64,000 nucleotides of DNA, taken from positions 223,386,001-223,450,000 of the forward strand of contig OZ024741.1 of the NCBI GenBank assembly GCA_964016885.1. The letters are read 5' to 3'. This stretch comes from Eledone cirrhosa. Taxonomy: Eukaryota. Position numbers and translations under genes: made by a program. Below, in pieces: positions 1-11,799 of this stretch. The first letter of the stretch is position 1; the number at the start of each line of letters is the position of its first letter. The notes beneath the pieces were generated by a model. It did not search any database, was not told the origin of the DNA, and was given only the letters and a program-made list of their open reading frames with translations.

Positions 1-495
1 GTCTTGGCAGAAGTTTTTCTCGTCGGAGAAAAACCACAGCATGTCTGGCTCCAGTGAGTGTTTCAACTTGTTGATCAGCTTCTTTGCGTGCTTCAGTCGC
101 TTTTCTTTCATCGCCTTTGACAGAAATTGTCCCTTCCTCATCTTGTCTGAAACGTAGTGAATGTCTTCATGTACCACCAGCTTAATGAGCTTTTCATCCA
201 CGCCTTTCTCCCTTGCAATGGCACACATCAACTTGCTAGGTTCATTGTTGATGATATCCTGAACTTCAGCGACGAACTCGGGCGTTCTGAAGGCGTCAGA
301 TCGTCGATCATGTGTTTTCCTCTCTGATGTTGCTTCGTAGTCGAATCCTGAATCTTCCAATTCCTTTCTGACGTTTTCCACCATTCTCCTGCTGATGCTG
401 AGAAAGTCTGAAATTTCCTTATTTGTCCTCCCGGCGCGAATTCCAAGAAGAACTCCGTGTCTCTTCCACAAATTTGGAGGTTCAAAATTATTCAT
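1..495 (-). CDS. Tc1/mariner-family transposase, N-terminal 165 aa (DD37D/maT-like), open off window edge
   Basis: Manual translation from ATG 495: MNNFEPPNLWKRHGVLLGIRAGRTNKEISDFL...RTPEFVAEVQDIINNEPSKLMCAIAREKGVDEKLIKLVVHEDI...WFFSDEKNFCQD. It has HTH-like regions and the first catalytic Asp motif FSDEK, with no stop in the window (hence absent from the ORF track). Confidence 0.85.
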   Translation of the reverse strand, partial: MNNFEPPNLWKRHGVLLGIRAGRTNKEISDFLSISRRMVENVRKELEDSGFDYEATSERKTHDRRSDAFRTPEFVAEVQDIINNEPSKLMCAIAREKGVDEKLIKLVVHEDIHYVSDKMRKGQFLSKAMKEKRLKHAKKLINKLKHSLEPDMLWFFSDEKNFCQD

Positions 496-641
496 AATCA
501 ATTATTCATAATCAATTATTCTGAAAATAAATAATGGAAATATAGTCACTGTTTTTATGAAGACAAGAGTGACAACGGAAGTAAAAAAATTTGCATAAAA
601 TTAGCAGTTGAAAATTGCGAACAAATATCGTCCACACCCTG
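1..641 (-). mobile_element. Tc1/mariner DNA transposon, left end (continues beyond window start)
   Basis: Minus strand begins TA|CAGGGTGTGGACGATATTTG at 643-641, a typical Tc1/mariner TIR start with TA target site, followed by a transposase ORF. Confidence 0.85.
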
Positions 642-649
642 TATATGGT

Positions 650-1140
650 GAATACAATATCCTTCTGACCTATTTTCTTCACTAAATCTAGGAGTTGACT
701 GTTGCCATATGTGATATGACTGACCCGATACTTAAAATGACCTAGCTTTTACTTCAATTGCTCTGTATTTTAAAAATTACCTAGATACAATTTACCATCC
801 CATTTACTCTTAAATATTTTCACTGATTTGTATATTTGTTTATGCATTTATATACAGGCTACGCGGTTTCATTTTATTTATTCTTGTATTTGCCTTAATT
901 CCTTTACTCTTTTTCTACCAAGTGACCAGTTTACTCAACTGATAAATAAAAAAACAAATCCATTGTTTCTGAAGAAGGACAGCAGAGATATAGTTTTTCG
1001 GGGCTGATGGTATGGAGTTACATAACTACCATCCATTAGTCTACACATCTATATTTTGTTTTTTAAAATGATCATAAAACAACAAATTAATTACTACCTT
1101 GCTTTGGTTTTTTTATTCTTTCATTGTTTGATATTATATA
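650..1140 (+). mobile_element. Penelope-like element tail with degenerate hammerhead ribozyme motif (963-1082)
   Basis: ttgttt-CTGAAGA(969-975)-long stem II-AAAA(G12>A)-tgatca-TA-aaacaa. Stem I is 6 bp and stem III is palindromic. Outer boundaries are approximate. Confidence 0.55.
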
Positions 1141-1142
1141 TA

Positions 1143-1960
1143 CAAGCAGAAAAACCACCCTTCGGGTGATTTTCTGCTAGCAAGTTTAGTGTGCATATTG
1201 ATATTAGCCTTGCCATCACCCGAGGTAACACTGCGAGTGTGCTGGCTTGCCTAAAAAATCATTAGAGAGGTTGCCCAGTACTCCTCACTGCTGTCTTTTG
1301 CTCTGGTGGTGGCTCGGTTATTCACCCCTTCCTTTACATTTTCTTTAATATTGCAGCATTAAAGGAATATATCCTTCTGATAGAATTGCGAGCAATTTAT
1401 AATGTTATCTAAGCATTTGTAATGTTATTTATGTATATATTTAAAACATATTTGTTATGTTATTCTACTATAAATTTATTTATATGCTTTGTATATATCA
1501 TATGTGTTCATATTTTCACCTCCCATTTGTAACGTTATTTAATATAATAAAAATATATATGCATGTAGATATACATCAAATAAAATTGTAATTGACAATA
1601 TACACAGAAGTTGAACGAAGACTGCGTTACACTGTCTTATGTAATCAGTAATGTAATCCATGATACATTAAAAAAAGACGATATTATATATAAACTGCAT
1701 TAGGAGATAATTAGTGACGGAAATATATGAATGTTTATTTAAGCGATCGCTAACCGGAAGTGTTGACATTTGAAAATTTTAAAGAAGTGACTCTTTAAAT
1801 AAACAATAAAATATATTTAATCAACAGCTACGAAATTTAGTAGATAAATTATGTAATATTCATTCATTATTTATTCAAAGTAATCCAACTTATTTTACTA
1901 ACTGGATTAAAAGAAATAAACCATACGCAGTCCGCACTCCTTACTTTATTATAGTTTAGA
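1143..1960 (-). mobile_element. Non-autonomous Helitron-like element (degenerate)
   Basis: Minus strand 5' end is A|TCTAAACTATAATAAAG at 1960. The 3' end has hairpin CACCCGAAGGGTG then CTTG|T (one change from CTAG|T) at 1143. Confidence 0.5.
1203..1340 (+). mobile_element. CRE-clade LINE 3' fragment (RLE C-terminus + 3'UTR)
   Basis: Encodes ISLAITRGNTASVLACLKNH*; closely matches 21238-21375. Confidence 0.75.
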
Positions 1961-1979
1961 TGTGTATATATTATTATCA

Positions 1980-3213
1980 TTAGACTCGGTAGAGCGACAG
2001 ACCACTCATAGTATTTAGTTACTTCCCTTTACGTTCTGTGTTGAAATTCTGCCATATTCAACCTTTATTGCTTTCATCCTTCTGAGGATCGATAAAATCA
2101 GTTCCTCTCAAGTATTAGAGGTCAATATCATTAACTGTTCTTTCCCCCATCAAATTTTGTATGGAGGGTAGTCAAAGCAAAATTAATATTGCTCAGATAA
2201 AAGTGCATTGTGGTGTTCAACATTTCTTTATTCTGAGTTCAAATCCCACCTGGGCTGGGTTTTATTTTTCATTCTTCTAGAGGTCAATAAAATAAATATA
2301 AGTCAAGGGTTACGGTTAATATTTTCACCTGTACTTTCATTACCATATTTCAAATTAAAGGCATGGCTTAAAATTTTTAAATAATAAAAGATTTGGAAAT
2401 ATTTAGAAAAGTAACTAGCTTCCTCATTATTAAGCTGAAACAAAAATTCTTAAATAAAATTGCGCCGAAAATTTTTTTAGATAAATATAAACACTTTAAA
2501 ATAAACAGTTTAATATTCTAGGATCTGGGCCAGTTTTAGGCAGACCCCAAAATTTGAGGATTTAAAGTAATGTAAGATTATGCAGTTCAGCAGAACCCTT
2601 AGGGCGTCGGACAAAAAGTTTTGCCGTATGTAAACACTTTGGTGTCAATGTCGGTGGTGGAGAATAACAGCACACACTTGGACTAAGAATATCATGATCG
2701 GACTCGTCTGGGAAGATCAATATATAGGTTTTTATTGTTATTAATGATTTCTCCATTTTTTCAATGTAAATCCAATTTGTTTTTGTTATTTCGTCTTTGT
2801 ACTGTCCCCAAACAGTGTAGCCAATAAAAGAAATCACCATGGGGTATTAGCAGTATCAGTAGAAGGTCGGACACCATGTATTGCAGCATAGAGTTACGGC
2901 CATTTATGATCTGAGTTCAAATTCCGCTGAGGTTCACTTTGCCTTTCATCCTTACAGGGTCGATAAAATAAAGTACCAGTAATGTACTGGATAATTGCTG
3001 GCCTTGTGCCAAACGTACAAAAAATTATTATTATTGAAAAAGGCGGTGGATTGGCAGTATCGGTAGAGAGTCGGGCACCATGCTTTGCTCTTTACGATCT
3101 GAGTTCAAATCCCGCCGAGGTTAACTTTGCCTTTCATCCTTACAGGGTCGATAAAATAAAGCACCAGTAATACACTGAGGTAATTGTTGGCCTTATGTCA
3201 AAAGTAGAAACAA
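1980..3213 (+). mobile_element. Cluster of tRNA-derived SINE copies (about 1980-2190, 2200-2360, 2840-3035, 3040-3213)
   Basis: A-box-like TGGCAGTATCGG, B-box GAGTTCAAATCC, central GCCTTTCATCCT..GGGTCGATAAAATAAAGTACCAG, and tail GGCCTTGTGCCAAAAGTAGAAACAA(TTA)n. Many copies occur across the window. Confidence 0.8.
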
Positions 3214-3829
3214 CCTATCTATATCTATAATATTATAAAGCTGAGTGTCGTGTGTATGTATTATGTATGTATCCTACACAGCTCCCTATAGTTTCTTAGC
3301 TTTACTCTCTCCGTTGCTCTTCTCTCTCTCTCTCTATAATAGATCACTCCGCCTCTCTATAATTTAACTGCTCTACTCTCTGTCGCTCTAAACTCTCAAA
3401 TATTATAAAGCTGAGCGTCGTCTCTCTCTCTCTCTCCTCTTTCACCCTCTCTATAATTTAACTGCTTTACTCTCTGTCTCTCTTCACTCTCTATATGACA
3501 ACACTCTTTTACTTTCTGTACAGATGAGCATCGTATGTAAATTCGGTCAACACGTATGTATCCTACACACCTCCCTATAATTTCTTAGTTTTACTCTCTC
3601 CGTCGCTCTTCCCCCTCTCTATAATAGATCATTCCCCCTCTCTATAATTTAACTGCTTTACTCTCTCTGTAGCTCTTCACTCTCTAATATTATAAAGCTG
3701 AGCATCGTCTCTCTCTCTCCCTCTTTCACTCTCTCTATAATTTAACTGCTTTACTCTCTGTCTCTCTTCACTCTCTATATGACAACACTCTTTTACTTTC
3801 CGTATATACCTTCAATATATCAATATATA

Positions 3830-4105
3830 CCCAGGTTCTGCTGCACATCGGGCTGAAGGGAGCCAAGCTCCTCAAATACCGGTCGCTCTCTGACAGGTTT
3901 GCGGTCGTACCCCTGGCAGTGGAGACTTCTGGTGTCCTCGGCCCCAGGGCTACCTCTTTACTCACTGACATAGGAGCTGGCCAACCGCAGGTGTGAGCCC
4001 TGCAAGTTGGAGTGGCTTTTCCAGTGCGTCTCCCTTGCCGTCCTCCGGGGAAACGCCTTCTCCATTCTGTCCGCTGGGGCTGTGGGTGGGCCCCATCGCG
4101 TACCG
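3830..4105 (+). mobile_element. CRE-clade LINE RLE 3' fragment inside the Helitron
   Basis: KLLKYRSLSDRFAVVPLAVETSGVLGPRATSLLT...; near-identical to 10900-11165. Confidence 0.85.
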
Positions 4106-4344
4106 TTGTAGTTGTATACAGATATTAACTCATCAATCCCATTATTTATATCATATATCAACATAGAGATGAGCGCCGTATGTATGTTTATTTCAAAAGG
4201 ATAACCTCCTTCAAATTCGGTCAACACACAAGCAGGTAATACATACATCAAAAGGCAACCCTCTTAGAGAGACAGAGAGTGAAAGAGACAGATTAGGAAA
4301 ACTACACACACACATCTAAAGAGGAAAACTACACACACACATCT

Positions 4345-4346
<2 letters not shown>

Positions 4347-4414
<68 letters not shown>

Positions 4415-4457
4415 GAGAGAGAGAGAGAGGAGAGAGAGAGAGAGGAGAGAGAGAGAG

Positions 4458-4538
<81 letters not shown>

Positions 4539-4581
4539 GAGAGAGGAGAGAGGAGAGAGAGAGAGGAGAGAGAGAGAGAGA
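4347..4581. repeat. (GA)n microsatellite, interrupted
   Basis: Direct inspection. Confidence 0.95.
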
Positions 4582-5183
4582 CAGGGAAAGAGAAACAGAG
4601 GGACGGGCAAGCAGGTAATACATACATCTAAAATCATTTGGATACAAATATCATAATATAATGGTTGCAGAACGAAAATACAGACAAATATAATAATGTA
4701 TGTATCCCACACACTTTTTCTGTCGTCGCTCACATAACACACACACATACACACATACTGTCACACCTGATTTCGCTAATTGCCGGATAACATAAAAAAA
4801 ACAGACACACACATGCACAAACACAAACATATCTATACTTTATATGTATGTGTGTAAGATCATTCCCTCTCTCTATAATTTAACTGCTTTAGTTTCCGTA
4901 TCTCCCTTCAATATATACACATAGAAAGAGAGAGATTAGGAAAACTACACACACACATCTACAGAGAGAGACAGAAAAACAGAGGGAAGGGAAAAGAGTG
5001 AGAGATAGGCCGTTAGACAGAGAGAGATACAAGTAAAGTGTTAGTTATTCAGAGAGAGAGAGTCGGAAGGACAATGTGACACGAGAGGGTGTGTGGTATC
5101 TTTGCAGTGGAGTGGTGGGGGCAGGTATACCTAGCCGGGCGCCAGCCGGACGGACCAACTAGTTATTATTATTGAGACCATGT

Positions 5184-5405
5184 GAGCGGTGAATTGGCAG
5201 AGTCGTTAGAGCATTGGACAAATATTTAGCAGGATTTAATCCTGCTCTTTATGTTCTGAATTCAAGTTTCGCCGAGGTCAACTTTTCCTATCATCCTTCC
5301 GAGACTGATGAAATAAAGTACCAGTCAAATACAGGGGTTAACTTAATCAACTCTGCCCTCCACCAAAATGTGTTGGCCTTGTGCCTCAATTAAAAATCGT
5401 TATTA
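5184..5405 (+). mobile_element. tRNA-derived SINE
   Basis: GCGGTGAATTGGCAGAGTCGTTAGAGC...GAATTCAAG...TCATCCTTCCGAG..ATAAAGTACCAG...GGCCTTGTGCC. Confidence 0.8.
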
Positions 5406-5514
5406 TCGGGGTCATAATAAATGGCATTTGGATTAAACCTTTTACAATTTCTATTCCACCTAACTGTGATGAAAGTTTTTATCGGTTTTTTTTGGGGGGG
5501 GGAGGGGCAAGGTA

Positions 5515-5517
<3 letters not shown>

Positions 5518-5609
<92 letters not shown>

Positions 5610-5612
5610 AAG
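5518..5612. repeat. (GA)n microsatellite
   Basis: Direct inspection. Confidence 0.95.
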
Positions 5613-5840
5613 AGAATGTTGTGCGTGTGTGTCTCCTGATTTGCTGAATGTCTACTGACAAACAGATATAACAGTCGATGGCAGTTAGCAACCGTTGTTG
5701 ACAGGCTGCTCATTGCGAAACGCCTAACATAAATAATAATCATATTTAGGTTGTTGTCTTTATACAAACAACTCTTTTGCATTCTTGTTGCATTGGCTGC
5801 TTCCTCGTTATAAATAGACGGCGCGTGTATGAGTATGTAT

Positions 5841-5883
<43 letters not shown>

Positions 5884-5886
<3 letters not shown>

Positions 5887-6089
5887 GGCGTCCCAAAAAA
5901 TGTATACACACTTCAATAGCATTCTAATAAATGTGTATATATTTTTGGGGACACCCTGTATGTATGTATATATAAATATATAGATATATACAGGGTGTCC
6001 CAAAAATGTATACATACTTTGATTACCAGTGTAGGCAATATTTATTAGAATGCTATTTATGTGTGTATACATTTTGGGGGGACACCCTG
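5884..6089. mobile_element. Two tandem tiny Tc1-type MITEs (5884-5958, 5991-6089); related partial copy at 44739-44800
   Basis: TIRs CAGGGTGTCCCAAAAATGTATAC / GTATACATTTT(G)GGGACACCCTG set in TA repeats. Confidence 0.75.
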
Positions 6090-6091
6090 TG

Positions 6092-6130
<39 letters not shown>

Positions 6131-6213
6131 GTTATTCCGGGTTGAATCGGAGGTAACCACAGTAAGTAAGGTACTCAATACATTGCAGAGTATGAAAGTT
6201 TTAATATAGATGA

Positions 6214-6262
6214 GATTCTACAGGACTAGAACTGTTTCATTCTTTAGAAATCATCAGGAATC
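6214..6262 (-). ncRNA. Type I hammerhead ribozyme (mirror copy)
   Basis: Reverse complement reads GATTC-CTGATGA-TTTCTAAAGAAT-GAAA-CAGTTCTAGTCCTG-TA-GAATC (5-bp stem I). Confidence 0.7.
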
Positions 6263-6266
6263 ATCA

Positions 6267-6319
6267 GAGATTCCTGATGATTTCTAAAGAATGAAACAGT
6301 TCTAGTCCTGTAGAATCTC
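6267..6319 (+). ncRNA. Type I hammerhead ribozyme (intact core)
   Basis: GAGATTC-CTGATGA-tTTCTaaAGAAt-GAAA-CAGttctagtcCTG-TA^GAATCTC. Stem I is 7 bp, with a GUA cleavage triplet (after 6312). Confidence 0.75.
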
Positions 6320-6320
6320 A

Positions 6321-6387
<67 letters not shown>

Positions 6388-6892
6388 TTTCCTGATACTA
6401 ATACTTCCCAAGGTTTGTGCTGTCATTTCTTTAACTATATATATTTATTTATTTTAAGTGGGAGAAGACATTGGTAAAAATACAGTACATGACCACAATC
6501 GAGATGTTACATTTTGAAATTCTTCGGATTGTAACGAATTTAAAACAAACAAAATCAGTCAACACTTGAAACAAAATCTACTTATTTGATCTAACGTCTG
6601 AATTCCTAACCCTGTTTTCGGTTCTACGCTGAGTAAGACATTTAACTCTTGCTAGTCCACAAAATCTAATCATTGGTAAATAAACACAGTGACCAGACTG
6701 ACAAAACAAATCCATGTGGTTCGTAAAAGTAGTAACTTAACATAGGTTTCAAATCTAGTCGAGGTGGAACAGAAATTGGATGACGTTCATGGGTTATTTT
6801 AAAACTAAGTCGCAAATCCAGAGCTTTAACTAATTTCTTAAAGTTCAAAACTACAAGTTTAGAAGTGTGGAGAGATGATACTCTAAAGTTTA

Positions 6893-7280
6893 TGTTGTAA
6901 GGTGATTACGACATAGATGAGGTAAGAAAAAGAGAATTAAGCAACGAAAGAAAGAGAAGGGGAAAGGGACATACCCTACACCCCAGTCTGGGCGATGATT
7001 CGGTTGTGCTCCGTAGACAAAATAGCGAAAGCATTGTCACGGAGACTGGCCAGCGACACTCGCTGCAACAGGGTACCTTCCTCGGGCGGGTTACTGTCTT
7101 TCCGATTTTGCAGGGGAAATCGGCAGCGTGGGGACCGAGGACACATGCGGTCTCAACAGTGACCAATATGAAAAGGAAGTGGTCGGTCGAGCCCCCCTAT
7201 TTATTTATCCCCCCCCCCCTCCTCTACATTGCGAGCTGCGATGCCCGGGTTTAATGACCGAAGCGACAAGTTTCGAGACA
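6893..7280 (-). mobile_element. Possible solo LTR
   Basis: GC-richer ~390-bp block bounded by TGT...ACA, with ATAAATA on the minus strand. No TSD found. Confidence 0.3.
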
Positions 7281-7299
7281 AATTATCAAAGAATAAGAA

Positions 7300-7670
7300 T
7301 TTTTTTATTCAACAAGCAAATATATATAATAATAATAATGAAAATATTGTGTACAGTGCTCAGGTGCACTACAACTCATCACAAGTGTATGTATAGTACA
7401 TAGAGTAATGTACAAACGTCAGGAAAATGAAGAGTGCATGATATACACGTGTGCATGTGTATGGAAGGGGACATCAGGTGTAGTTTGGGCGAATTTCGGG
7501 AAGCATGAGGGTTTTAAAGGATGCAGTGTCTCGGCAGCTAACAACTGACGCAGGCAGTTTGTTCCATGCTGCAGCAACTCTAAGCGTGAAAAAATGTTTC
7601 CGAAAGTCATGGGAGCTGTGCTGTTTTCTGACTTTGTAGGCATGTCCACGTGTGTTGGAGATCGTATGTA
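7300..7670 (-). mobile_element. CR1/L2-group LINE 3' end
   Basis: NTRGHAYKVRKQ...RKHFFTLRVAAAWNKLPASVV, a typical CR1-type ORF2 C-terminus. Confidence 0.8.
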
Positions 7671-7989
7671 TATAGAATACATACAAATAAACACATTTCA
7701 ATATTATATATTTTTTTAAAGTAAATATTATTGAATAAATAAAACGAAATGGATTTATCATTTTCAATGCTTTCACATTTCAGGTTCTTCCGATAACCTT
7801 TTCCCCTCCCCCCCACTCCATTTTTAAAAATATATATATTTGTTTATTTTTGCACACTTCAAGAATTTTTTTTCACGCACACTCATCATCCGTTTCTAGA
7901 GTTTAGGCATATTTCCACACAAATCAGACCCTTACTCCCTTCGCAAACTCACAGCATCAGCATCTCGACTCCATCCCCCACCTACTTTT

Positions 7990-9430
7990 AGCCCAAACAA
8001 AATACCAACACCCACGTTGCTGAACAGTGCTCCAGGTCCCGATTGTCCGTCTCGCCCCTATCCCCGCAAGGCGCTACATGCAGTATATGCGCCACCATCA
8101 ACAGGCCGAAGAAAGGCCGAACCTGTTCAGCGTGCGACGGTTTCCATCATCTCTCTCTCGCGTCGGACTGACATGACGAGCCTCGAATGCGCTCGCAACG
8201 TGGCGATGCAGCAGCTGTCTCTTCTTCTCGCCTGCACAGCTACAGCCATCCACCACACCTCCAGACGATAAACTGCGCCTCTCCGACGCCCATCCTTCGC
8301 TGGTCAACGTCGCTCGGCTCACGCGACTTCGGAAGATCCACCTCAGGATAATGAAAGGGGCCCAGGTGCCGGTGCACTCGGATCATCAATCTAGAAAAAT
8401 ACAGTGATTGGGAGCGATTGTTTTATTTCTCTCCACTTGCCCTCGCCAACACCGGTGCCGATCGAGGCGGCTTGTCGACAGCGGCCCAGGTCAAGGCCAT
8501 ACTCCACTTATTCGTGCGCCAGATTCCAGTCAGATATGACGGTCTCCGGTCTCCAGTTTCACTGACCCTGCCTGTTTTTCTTTCGTCGGTAACCTCTTAC
8601 CGTGTCCTCGTCAACTGAACCTACTGTGATCGAGGAACGCGAGGCAGCCTAAGCGATATGGAACCAGCTCGCACTCCACCCTGCAGGCGTCCATCTCCTC
8701 TCCTCTTCCTAGACGACCAGTCCCCCAAAAACAAATGGGACGCCATCCAGTGCAACATGACCTGAGACAGGCTGCTGCACCGTCTGGCATGTTTTCGCTC
8801 GGCCTCACAATCCCAAAGTGGTGCCTTTCGACTGGCATTCAGCTGGTTAGCAACTGCTTACGCATAGGCGTTACCTTGAGGCTTAGCCTCCGGATATGTG
8901 AGTGTCACAAATGCTGCCGCGATTCCACAGTGGATCATTTCGGTCTCCACACTGCCATGCCATTATAGTGCTGGCCGCCTCCCACACCATGCTGCTCTCG
9001 ACGAGATCATAAAGCATGGTCAGAATGACGCAGGCTCTTGTTCCCAGCTCGAACCAGCGGGGCTGGACCGAGGGAGCGGAAATAGGCCAGACAGCGTGAC
9101 AATCTTCCTGTTCCGAGGGAGTAGGCCCCTCGTCTGGGATGCTACACGTTGTGACACCTTTTCGAGCGGCAGCCTGGTGCATTTGACTTCCAGCCAAGGC
9201 ATTGCTGCTCGCCAGGCCGAAGGGTGAAAACTGTCAAAGTACCGGCCGCTCTCTGATAGGTTTATGGTTGAGCCTGTGACAATAGAGACTTTCAGCGTTC
9301 TTAGTCTCTGGGCCACATCCTTGATCACTGTTACCGGAGAAGAGGAGTAGCTGTTCCAACGCATCACACTCGCCGTCCTCCGGGGAGGAGGCAGTCTTCT
9401 TCATCCTGTCGGCTGGGACCACTAAGTGGA
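7990..9430 (+). mobile_element. CRE-clade non-LTR retrotransposon, degenerate, RT mostly deleted
   Basis: Fragments PVRYDGL, LRIGVTLRLSLRICECHKCCRDSTVDHFGLH (zinc knuckle), LEPAGLDRGSGNRPDSVTIFLFRGSRPLVWDAT (RLE). Confidence 0.8.
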
Positions 9431-9594
9431 CTGACCCTTAAGTTTCATTTATGATGATGACATGTGAATTAAATTACTTCCATAAGCATGATTAGTAAGA
9501 AAGTGAAAATATTTAAACACACAAATAAATATACTTTTGTTTTATGAAAAAAAAAAAAAAAAAAAGTTTCAAGTTGCCCCGAGCATGCTCCTAG

Positions 9595-11175
9595 CTGCTG
9601 AGGGTCCAACAGGGCGACCCTTTGGGGCCCCTCCTGTTCGCCCTTGGTTTTGACCACATCGCCCGGAGTATCACGGCCCCTCTCAACGTTTGGTATCTGG
9701 ATGATGCTACGTTGGGCGGGCCCGTACAGACGGTCTGCCAAGACCTTCAATCGGTGATTCCTGCCCTGGCGGGAATCGGCCTCCAGGTCAACTCGGCTAA
9801 GTCGGAGGTGGTGGACGTCAGCCTCGATGCTGCGAGCTTTGCAGCCTCCGTCTTGGACGTGCGGTCCATTCTCCGCCAGGTTCAGGTGACCCCCAAAGAG
9901 GATGTCCTCATCCTCGGGTCACCGATCCACCCGCCGGCCATCCGCTCCACCATCAGGTCCAGGCTTCAACAGCTCCAGACTCTCACGAGCCGACTGGGCT
10001 TGATTGACGGCCACCCAGCTCTCTTTCTGCTGAGGAACTGCTTCGCCATGCCGAAGCTCCTCTATACACTCCGCAGCGCTCCATGCTACACCCAGACATC
10101 TCTCCTCGCTGAACTCGATACTTGTATCTGAGCAGCAGCCGAGGAGATATGCAACGTCAAGTTTGACGACATAGGGTGACAACAGGCCACTTTACCGGTC
10201 AGGTATGGCGGCCTTGGCCTCCGGTCCCCATTCTCACTAGCTTTGCCGGCGTATCTTTCGTCGGTAACCTCGTGCCGCGTCCTCGTCAGCAGGGTTCTTC
10301 AAAACACAACAGAACCCTGTGTTCAGAGAACGTGAGGCCGCCTGTGAGACGTGGGGCCGTCTGGGACTTAGCCCAGTAGACGTCCCTCCTCCTTCTCCCC
10401 CTGTTGACGTCAAGTCCCCCCAATGCACTTAGGATGCCATCCAGTGCAGCCTGGCCTCAGACAGGCTCACGCGCCAGCTCTACCAGCACCTCCTTGCTTG
10501 TTTTCGTGCGGCCTCCAAACCCCACAGTGGTGCCTGGCTCCATGCCCTGCCCTCCTTCTCCACTGGCACGCAGCTAGACAACCATAGCCTGCGAATCGGC
10601 GTTTCGCTGAGGCTCGGCCTCCGGATCTGCCAGCCACACCAATGTCGCTGCGGTTCACCGTGGACTCTTTCGGCCTCCACCCGCTTTCCTGTCGCCACAG
10701 TGCCGGCCGCATTTCACGCCATGCTGCCCTCAACGAGGTCATTAAGCATGGCTTGGACGTTGCAGGCTTCCCTTCTCAGTTCGAGCCGGTGGGGCTGGAT
10801 CGAGGGGACGGCAAAAGGCCAGATGGCATGACCATCTTCCCGTTCCGCGGTGGCAAACCCCTCGTCTGGAATGCCACTTGCACCGACACTTTCTGCTCCA
10901 CGTCGGGCTGAGGGCCGCAAACTCCTCAAATACCGGTCGCTCTCCGACAGGTTTGCGGTCGTTCCCCTGGCAGTGGAGACTTCTGGTGTCCTCGGCCCCA
11001 GGGCTACCTCCTTACTCACCACCATAGGCGCTGAGCTGGCCAGCCGCAGGTGTGAGCCCCGCGAGTTGGAGTGGCTTTTCCAGCGCGTCTCTCTTGCCGT
11101 CCTCCGGGGAAACGCCTTCTCCATTCTGTCCGCCGGGGCTGTGGGTGGGCCCCATCGCGTACCAATACATTAGTT
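9595..11175 (+). pseudogene. CRE-clade non-LTR retrotransposon, 5'-truncated RT + zinc knuckle + RLE, with stops and frameshifts
   Basis: QQGDPLGPLLFALG, WYLDDATL (RT); [54 protein letters not shown] (RLE). Confidence 0.9.
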
Positions 11176-11799
11176 AAATACCATTCTTTCATTTGATACA
11201 ACACAATAAAGACTAAAGCATATACAACTTAGTTTTAACCTACTTGAAAACTGTCTAAGGTGCTGAAATGAAACCTCTAATTTGAATGTGTTCATATATA
11301 AATTAAAGCCTTATATTTTTAGTCAATAAAAGAAAATGAGGTAATATCTTGGTTTAAAAAACACACACACCAAGATTAACTCTCTCATTCCGTAACTTTT
11401 ACAAATCTAAATCTAAACATTCTGTCTTCTTTAAAAATCTGAAATCAGGGGCCCGTTTCTCGAGGGTTTGAGTTAAGTCTTTTTTTTTTTTTATGAATCA
11501 TTAAACATTACAGGAATACAACGGGAGGAAACATCACTGATAATCAAAGTCGAACCTTGGAGGGAAATAAACTCAGAACATAACTCCAGAAACTATAAGG
11601 CATTTTATTTTGTAGTTTTATTGTTCCTGTCATTCAACAGTAATTGTAAAATTTTGCGGGGGCGAATAGTCGGTCGTATTGTCTTTGCTACTAAACTGGT
11701 ATTTTATTTATCGATCCTGAAATTTCGTCGATCGGGAATACAAGAAGCCGAAATGGGGTTCCTCCGAAGGGTATTTGGAGTAACGTTACTCGGAAATTA

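Larger units (their letters stand above)
3214..5162 (+). mobile_element. Non-autonomous Helitron inserted into a SINE tail
   Basis: 5' end (C/T)CTATCTATATCTATAATATTATAAAGCTGAG; 3' GC-rich hairpin-like CCGGGCGCCAGCCGG followed by CTAG(5159-5162)|T. It splits the SINE tail GAAACAA|TTATTATT at an A^T site with no TSD. Confidence 0.75.
6130..6327. mobile_element. Penelope-like tail with inverted duplication, flanked by (TA)n
   Basis: Perfect 59-bp inverted arms 6204-6262 / 6269-6327, each carrying a hammerhead motif. Confidence 0.7.

Noticed and set aside
3040-3120. tRNA gene
   Set aside because: The A/B boxes belong to SINE heads; no cloverleaf.
4264-5911. Ser/Leu-rich ORFs
   Set aside because: Translations of (GA)n.
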